The translations under genes were made by a program, and so were the position numbers. This document shows positions 58,665-64,000 of a DNA stretch of 64,000 nt, piece by piece; position 1 is the first letter of the stretch; every line of letters begins with the position of its first letter. Source of the DNA: Chloroflexota bacterium (GTDB lineage: Bacteria > Chloroflexota > Dehalococcoidia > UBA2979); contig JAQCIU010000001.1 in the NCBI GenBank assembly GCA_027593235.1, positions 103,132 to 167,131 on the forward strand. The letters are read 5' to 3'. The notes beneath the pieces were generated by a model. It was given only the letters and a program-made list of their open reading frames with translations. It did not search any database and had not been told where the DNA came from.

Positions 58665-60389
58665 TTAGGATGGCCGCCGCATCGTGTCCATCGTGTCGCC
58701 ACGCTGTACGAGGGCGTCGCCACCCGAGTAGCCCATCGGCGCGCCGTCCGCGCGCCAGCAGGCGGCGCCGATGAACAGGCCTGTCTCTGGGTCGCGCATC
58801 AGCCCGTTCATCCCGCCGGCGACCTTGTACACCGGCAGGATCTCGTGGCCGCGCCCGCCGAGGTCGCCCGAGAGGGCGTCGAAGCCGCCGAAGCCCTCGA
58901 AGCCCTGCTCCAGCTCGAGGCCGAGCCCGCGGTCCCACATCCGAGGCGCCTCGACCGCCTGCTGCAGCGTCATGCCGTGGACGATGACGTTGGCGATCGC
59001 CTGAGCGACCGCGCCGAAGATACGGAGGCCGCCCGGGGTGCCGAGCGACATAAACGGCTGGTCGTCTTTGAGCACGATCACCGGCGACATCGAGGAGAGG
59101 ATGCGCTTGCCGGGGGCGATCGAATTCGTGCGGCCGGGAATCGGGTCCATGAGCTGCATGCAGTTGTTCAGCAGCATGCCGGTCCCGGGAACAGTCACTT
59201 TCGAGCCGAATGTGTAGTGCAGCGTGTTCGTCGTGGCGACGATGTTGCCGTCCTCGTCGATGGTCGAGCAGTGCGTCGTCGAGTGCTGTTCGCGGTCGGG
59301 GACGACGGTCGCTACATAATCCTGCGACTCACCCACCATAATCTGCTCGGCTCGCTGCGCCGCGTACTCGTCCGAGGTGAGCCAGTCGATCGGGATGTCC
59401 GAGGTCAGCGGGTCGGCCATGAACTCCGTGCGGTCGGCGAAGGCGATCTTCATCGCCTCCGATAGCAGATGGGTGTAGTCGGGGGAGGCGAAGCCCATCT
59501 CCGCGATCGGGAAGTGGTTGAGGATCTTCAGCATCTGGATGATGTGCGTGGCGCCCGAGGACGGCGGCGGCGGCGCGACGATCTCGTAGCCGCGGACCAT
59601 GCCGCGGACCGGCGGGCGCTCGTAGATCTGGTAGTTCTCGATCTCCTCCATCGTGATCAGGCCGCCGTTGGCGGCCATGTCGTCGGCGATCGCCAGGCCC
59701 AGGGGGCCGTGATAGAGGTAGTCCGCGCCAGCGGTGGAGATCGCCTCAAGCGTGTCGGCGTAGGCCTCGCGAACGATCGTGTCGCCGACGGCGGGCGGCT
59801 GTCCGTCCTTCAGGAAGACGCTCGCCGTGTCCTCGTAGGCACGCATGCCCTCGAGTTCGATCGTGATGATGTTGTTCAGGTAGGGGCTGACGCGAAAGCC
59901 GCGGCGCGCGAAGCGGATCGCCGGCGCCATCACGTCGGCCAGCGGCAGCCGCCCGTACTTCTCGACGGCCGTGCACCAGCCGAGGAGCGTGCCGCCGACC
60001 GCGACCGCCTTGTGGCCCAGCGCGTTGAGGTCGTCAACGACCTCGTAGTTGTGGGCGGGCGGGATCGCGTCGAACAGATCGGGCGTCGCCGCGTGCGGGA
60101 CGGTCGCGTAGTTGTCGATCACGACGGCGGTGCCGTCCGCCATCCGGATGTTGACGAACCCGGCGCCGAAGATCGTCACCATCATCGGCTCGACGACGGT
60201 CAGCGCGAACATCGTCGCGATCGCTGCGTCGACGGCGTTCCCACCGTTGACCAGCATCTCGTTCCCGGCCAGGGAGGCCAGCGGGTGGTTCGAGGTCACC
60301 ATCCCCTTCGACCCGACCGCCGGCTGCTTCACCGTCGGGAAGTCGTAGCGGCCTCGTGGATTGGCAATGCCGGGGAGGGTGGTCGTCAT
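58665..60389 (-). CDS. Gamma-glutamyltransferase family protein
   Basis: GMVTSNHPLASLAGNEMLVNGGNAVDAAIATMFALTVVEPMMVTIFGAGF; TTHCSTIDEDGNIVATTNTLHYTFGS. Confidence 0.96.
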   Translation of the reverse strand: MTTTLPGIANPRGRYDFPTVKQPAVGSKGMVTSNHPLASLAGNEMLVNGGNAVDAAIATMFALTVVEPMMVTIFGAGFVNIRMADGTAVVIDNYATVPHAATPDLFDAIPPAHNYEVVDDLNALGHKAVAVGGTLLGWCTAVEKYGRLPLADVMAPAIRFARRGFRVSPYLNNIITIELEGMRAYEDTASVFLKDGQPPAVGDTIVREAYADTLEAISTAGADYLYHGPLGLAIADDMAANGGLITMEEIENYQIYERPPVRGMVRGYEIVAPPPPSSGATHIIQMLKILNHFPIAEMGFASPDYTHLLSEAMKIAFADRTEFMADPLTSDIPIDWLTSDEYAAQRAEQIMVGESQDYVATVVPDREQHSTTHCSTIDEDGNIVATTNTLHYTFGSKVTVPGTGMLLNNCMQLMDPIPGRTNSIAPGKRILSSMSPVIVLKDDQPFMSLGTPGGLRIFGAVAQAIANVIVHGMTLQQAVEAPRMWDRGLGLELEQGFEGFGGFDALSGDLGGRGHEILPVYKVAGGMNGLMRDPETGLFIGAACWRADGAPMGYSGGDALVQRGDTMDTMRRPS

Positions 60390-60561
60390 CGAGGCGCCTC
60401 GGTTCTCTCGGGCGCGCCTCGGGCGGGGCGAGCCGAGGCGCATTGTGCGCGACGGGCGCGGTGCGGGGCCAGCGAGCGCGGGAACGCGGGGGATTGGGCG
60501 CGGACGTGGACAGGAAATGGAAAGATTGAACTGCGGTGTCTAGGCTGCCGTGATGCACTGA

Positions 60562-60780
60562 GACGAACTCGGACGGCTCCGTCAAGGCGGCGGAAACCTC
60601 AAGGGCCGCGACCTCCGCGATGCCGCCGAGAGTTGCGGTTGGTTTCACGTCAGGACCAAGGGCGGCCACCACGCCTATCGCAAGGGCGGGTTTCGTACGT
60701 TGATCATCCCGGAATCCGTGAATTCTGGTACCGCCCGTAGTATCATAAATGCACTGATCGCCGCGCTAGAGGACGAATGA
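60562..60780 (+). CDS. hicA: HicA-family toxin, no canonical start in frame (in-frame ATG-CAC-TGA immediately upstream)
   Basis: Frame reads DELGRLRQGGGNLKGRDLRDAAESCGWFHVRTKGGHHAYRKGGFRTLIIPESVNSGTARSIINALIAALEDE*; 4-nt stop/start overlap with HicB. Confidence 0.8.
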   Translation, partial: DELGRLRQGGGNLKGRDLRDAAESCGWFHVRTKGGHHAYRKGGFRTLIIPESVNSGTARSIINALIAALEDE

Positions 60781-61202
60781 TGGATCGACGCACGTTCCTG
60801 GAAGCTCCTTATCACCGTCACTGGTTTCGTGATGAGGACGGGGGCTGGTCCGCGGAGGTCGCTGAACTCGATGGCGTCTTCGCGAGCGGCGATTCGCTCG
60901 AGGAGGTCGCGTCCAACCTCGACGAGGCGATGGCGTTGTGGTTCGAGGTCGAGCAAGAAGAGGGGCGTTCGATTCCAGCGCCCTGGGGAAGCCGCTCCCA
61001 CTCCGGGACGTTGAATCTGCGGCTGCCGAAGTCGCTACACGAGCTCGCGGCCCGGCGGGCGAAGATCGAGGGCGTGTCCCTCAACCAGTACCTTCTGACC
61101 GCGATCGCAGCTCACGTCGGTACTTCCGCCTCGCTCGACGCCCCGCTAGGCACCTCGGCGCGCGCCGCGCAGCCGCCCGAGGATCTGGCCCAGACGGCGT
61201 AG
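60777..61202 (+). CDS. hicB: HicB-family antitoxin
   Basis: HWFRDEDGGWSAEVAELDGVFASGDSLEEVASNLDEAMALWFEVEQEEG...SGTLNLRLPKSLHELAARRAKIEGVSLNQYLLTAIA. Confidence 0.92.
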   Translation: MMDRRTFLEAPYHRHWFRDEDGGWSAEVAELDGVFASGDSLEEVASNLDEAMALWFEVEQEEGRSIPAPWGSRSHSGTLNLRLPKSLHELAARRAKIEGVSLNQYLLTAIAAHVGTSASLDAPLGTSARAAQPPEDLAQTA

Positions 61203-61270
61203 CCGGTCGATCAGCAGAGGCCGCGTCACGGACGCGGCCTCTGTCAAAGCTGCTTCCGAGGTAGTGGCGG

Positions 61271-62110
61271 CTAGCGGCCGGTGAACTCTGGGTCGCGGCG
61301 CTCCATGAACGACGCGACACCTTCCTTGAAGTCCTCCATGCCGAAGAGCACCCGCAGGTGGACCAGCAGGTGGTCGACCGTCGTCTCGTACGTTTCGTTC
61401 ATGCCCTGGCGCATCATTCGCTTCGTCGCCTGGACGGCCATCGGTGCGTTGGTGGCGATCTCCTGGGCCCACTGGCGAGCGGTCGCCATCAGGTCCTCGT
61501 CCGGCACCACTTCGTTGACGATGCCGAGTTCCTTGCACTCGGCGGCGCCGACGACGCGGCCGCGGAAGAACAGCTCGGCGGACTTGCCCCAGCCGATCAG
61601 GCGCGGGAGCAGCCAGGTGCCGCCGCTCTCGGGGAGCAGGTTCCGCTTCGCGGTGACGGCGGCCATGCGGCCGCTCTCACCGGAGATGCGGATGTCGCAG
61701 AGCAGCGCGAGGTCCATGCCGTACCCGGCGGCGGCGCCGTTGAGCGCGCAGATCACCGGCTTGTCCATGTTCCACAGCACCGTCGGCGGCGAGTCGTGCA
61801 GGTCGAAGAGCTGCTGGACCTGCTTGCCCGCCGCCTCGCGGGCGCCGGGCCCGCTGTCCACGAGGTCGAGGCCGGCGCAGAAGCCGCGCCCGGTCCCGGT
61901 GATGATCAGCGCGCGTACCTCGGGGTCGCGGTTCGCCTGGGTCAGCATGCGGCTGAGCGCGCCCAGCATCTCTGTGCTGATCGCGTTCATGCGGTCAGGG
62001 CGGTTGAAGGTCAGGATCAGGACCTGGCCGTCGCGCTCGGCGAGGAGTTGGTCGGTGCCGGTGTCGACCGCCGTGGTCGACGCCCGCGTGGGGGCGGTTT
62101 CGGTGGTCAT
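61271..62110 (-). CDS. Enoyl-CoA hydratase/isomerase family protein
   Basis: ILTFNRPDRMNAISTEMLGALSRML...GRGFCAGLDLVDS...GAAAGYGMDLALLCDIRI. Confidence 0.96.
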   Translation of the reverse strand: MTTETAPTRASTTAVDTGTDQLLAERDGQVLILTFNRPDRMNAISTEMLGALSRMLTQANRDPEVRALIITGTGRGFCAGLDLVDSGPGAREAAGKQVQQLFDLHDSPPTVLWNMDKPVICALNGAAAGYGMDLALLCDIRISGESGRMAAVTAKRNLLPESGGTWLLPRLIGWGKSAELFFRGRVVGAAECKELGIVNEVVPDEDLMATARQWAQEIATNAPMAVQATKRMMRQGMNETYETTVDHLLVHLRVLFGMEDFKEGVASFMERRDPEFTGR

Positions 62111-62183
62111 GGCTTGGCTCCTCGGATCAGCGTGGATGGCGTTTCGAACATTGTTTGAATGCTAGCAGCGGGGGCCGGGGTGT

Positions 62184-62630
62184 CTACGGCCGAACGGCCG
62201 TCTCCTCGGTCACTTCCTCGGTCGCCTCCCGCATCACGACGTCAACGCTGTCGTGCTCCCAGTGGAGGACGTGCTCGACGTGTTCGCGCACCGTCCATTC
62301 GTCGCCCTTCGCGCGCAGTCCGAGGACGGCGTCGTCCGACACGAGGAGCTGACCGGCCAGTTCGACGCGCTCGCGCAGCCAGTCGCGGAGCAGCCGCGCC
62401 AATTCCGATTCCTGCATTGCTTTGCCGTCGTAGCGGGCGCTGCTGATCGCGCCGGCGTGCATGCGGTCGTGCTCGAGGTTGTGGACCAGCAGCCGCCGCA
62501 CCCCGCCGTCCATCGCACAGCCGTGGCTGCACGCGTGATCGAGGTCGTCGTCGCTCAACTGCTGCAGGCGATCGACGGTCTCCGCGATCGAGTCGAGGAG
62601 CTGGCGTGCCAGCGTTCGTGTTTCGCTCAC
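62184..62630 (-). CDS. DinB-like four-helix bundle protein
   Basis: GTG start; VRRLLVHNLEHDRMHAGAISSARYDGKAMQES...VREHVEHVLHWEHDSVDVV. Confidence 0.65.
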   Translation of the reverse strand: MSETRTLARQLLDSIAETVDRLQQLSDDDLDHACSHGCAMDGGVRRLLVHNLEHDRMHAGAISSARYDGKAMQESELARLLRDWLRERVELAGQLLVSDDAVLGLRAKGDEWTVREHVEHVLHWEHDSVDVVMREATEEVTEETAVRP

Positions 62631-62670
62631 CGCTACGCTCCTCGTCTTCGCGCGACTCGATGTGCCTGCG

Positions 62671-63804
62671 CTAGCGGGCGACCATCCCCGACTGCATCCG
62701 ATCGAGGATCTCCTCGGCCTGCTTCGCCATCGCGCGGACGACGTCCTGCGCGCCAAGCTGCGCGGTCACGAGACCGGCGGCCTGGCCACCGGCGTTGCGG
62801 ATCAGGTCGATGCGCCCCGCCTGGCGGGCGGCGCGCTGCGTCGGCTCGGCGATTGCGCCCTGGGCGCCCATCGGCAACGCGTGGAGGCCGCTCTGTTCCC
62901 AGAGGTCGATCAGCGGGTTCTTGATGTTGCGCATCGTCTTGCCGCTGTAGAGGCGGGTGATGATGGTGTCTTCGTCGACCGCCTCGATCACGCGCTCCTT
63001 CAGCTCCTGGTCGAGGTGGGCTTCCTTCGTCGCGAGGAACAGCGTGCCGCACCAGACGCCCTCGGCGCCCAGCGCGAGCGCGGCCGCGAGCCCGCGTCCG
63101 TCGGCGATGCCGCCAGCCGCCACGACCGGCATCGGCGTCACCGCGTCGACCACCTGCGGCACGAGCGCCATCGTCCCGATGCGGCCGGTGTGACCGCCCG
63201 CCTCGGTGCCCTGCGCGACCACGATGTCGGCGCCGCCGTCGCGGATGCGCCGCGCGTTCTTCACGTTACCGACGAGACCGATCACCTTCGCGCCGTTCCC
63301 GTGGAACGCCTCGACGTACTGCGCGGGGTTCCCGAGGCCGCTCGCGAAGACCGGCACGTTCTCCTGGAGGATGACGTCAACCTGGCGGTTCTGCCGCTCA
63401 GCGGAGCTGAGCCGCGCCCATTCCTCGTCGCGCGGCGGATCGGCGGGGCCCGGGTCCGGGAGGTCGAACGCCTCGTAGACCCGCTGCTGGAACTTCACGT
63501 ACTCCTCGGGGAGCTGTGGCGCGCCGGACCCGTCGCGCGTCTCGCGGGACAGGTCGGCGAGGGTGGCAGTGGCGTTCGGCAGCAGGATGTCCACGCCGAA
63601 CGGCTTGCTCGTGTACTCGCGGATCTTGCGGACGCTCTCGGAAATCTCGTCCGGCGTCATCGCCGCCGCGCCCAGCACGCCCAGCCCGCCCGCCTCGGAA
63701 ACCGCGGCGGCTAGCTCCCATTCTGCTACCGGCGACATCCCGGCCAGCATGATTGGGTACTCGATACCAAGCATTTCGGTGATGCGGTTGGAAAGTGACG
63801 CCAT
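62671..63804 (-). CDS. Nitronate monooxygenase family protein
   Basis: RITEMLGIEYPIMLAGMSPVAEWELAAAVSEAGGLGVLGAAAMTPDEISESVRKIR...VAQGTEAGGHTG. Confidence 0.95.
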   Translation of the reverse strand: MASLSNRITEMLGIEYPIMLAGMSPVAEWELAAAVSEAGGLGVLGAAAMTPDEISESVRKIREYTSKPFGVDILLPNATATLADLSRETRDGSGAPQLPEEYVKFQQRVYEAFDLPDPGPADPPRDEEWARLSSAERQNRQVDVILQENVPVFASGLGNPAQYVEAFHGNGAKVIGLVGNVKNARRIRDGGADIVVAQGTEAGGHTGRIGTMALVPQVVDAVTPMPVVAAGGIADGRGLAAALALGAEGVWCGTLFLATKEAHLDQELKERVIEAVDEDTIITRLYSGKTMRNIKNPLIDLWEQSGLHALPMGAQGAIAEPTQRAARQAGRIDLIRNAGGQAAGLVTAQLGAQDVVRAMAKQAEEILDRMQSGMVAR

Positions 63805-64000
63805 CGGATGCTCCTCGCTGCGAGGTGATGGTGTGCTCCGCCGATCGGCGCGTCAAGCATTACAGGTGTTGGGTTGCCTCCGCGGTTCGCTGGGCGATCG
63901 ATTGCCCTCGGAGGGTCGGGGCTTGCCTTCTGCGGTGACGATGCTGGCCCGGAAGATTCCACCCCCCCCGCCCGAAGTCGTTGAGGAGGTTGTACCCCCT

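Noticed and set aside
1-64000. Complete reassignment of TAG to an amino acid
   Set aside because: Most confidently identified genes here end naturally at TAG, often directly before or overlapping the next gene, so global reassignment is not compatible; only local readthrough or mutation remains possible.
1-64000. CRISPR array or canonical defence island
   Set aside because: No regularly spaced 24-40 bp repeats and no Cas, restriction-modification, CBASS, retron or Gabija-type proteins seen; HicAB and IS110 are the only accessory-type modules.

Overview
High-GC (roughly 65-70%) chromosomal window that looks like a Chloroflexota-type genome (taxonomy is inference). About 60 protein-coding genes are supportable. 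I found no rRNA, convincing tRNA, CRISPR array or prophage. Best-supported highlights: (1) a TPP (thi-box) riboswitch (~7318-7405) ahead of a thiamine/pyrimidine-precursor ABC operon (MTH1187-type thiamine-binding protein, permease, periplasmic-binding protein, ATPase). (2) A complete-looking IS110-family transposase (36623-37834) flanked by a 10-bp perfect inverted repeat, with a noncoding left end that could carry a bridge RNA. (3) A SipW-dependent/TasA-like surface protein locus (30396-33087) in which a signal peptidase I-like C-terminal fragment is joined to a truncated second substrate and runs in frame into a DUF5305-type protein. An ORF-poor, hairpin-rich leader lies upstream. (4) A decayed, internally deleted copy of an ECF sigma factor beside the intact copy, with a PadR/membrane-protein pair between them. 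(5) A run of interrupted or non-canonically started genes: in-frame TAG in a GT87-like glycosyltransferase, a lipoprotein and a CtaG-like gene; +/-1 frameshifts; and genes lacking ATG/GTG/TTG starts (GNAT, GT39, HicA). (6) An unusual dominance of TAG stop codons, including convergent gene pairs that share one palindromic CTAG as both stops. I did not find a confidently novel defence or biosynthetic system. The interrupted genes, the stop-codon pattern and the TasA-like locus leader are the best leads, and sequencing or assembly error must be excluded first.
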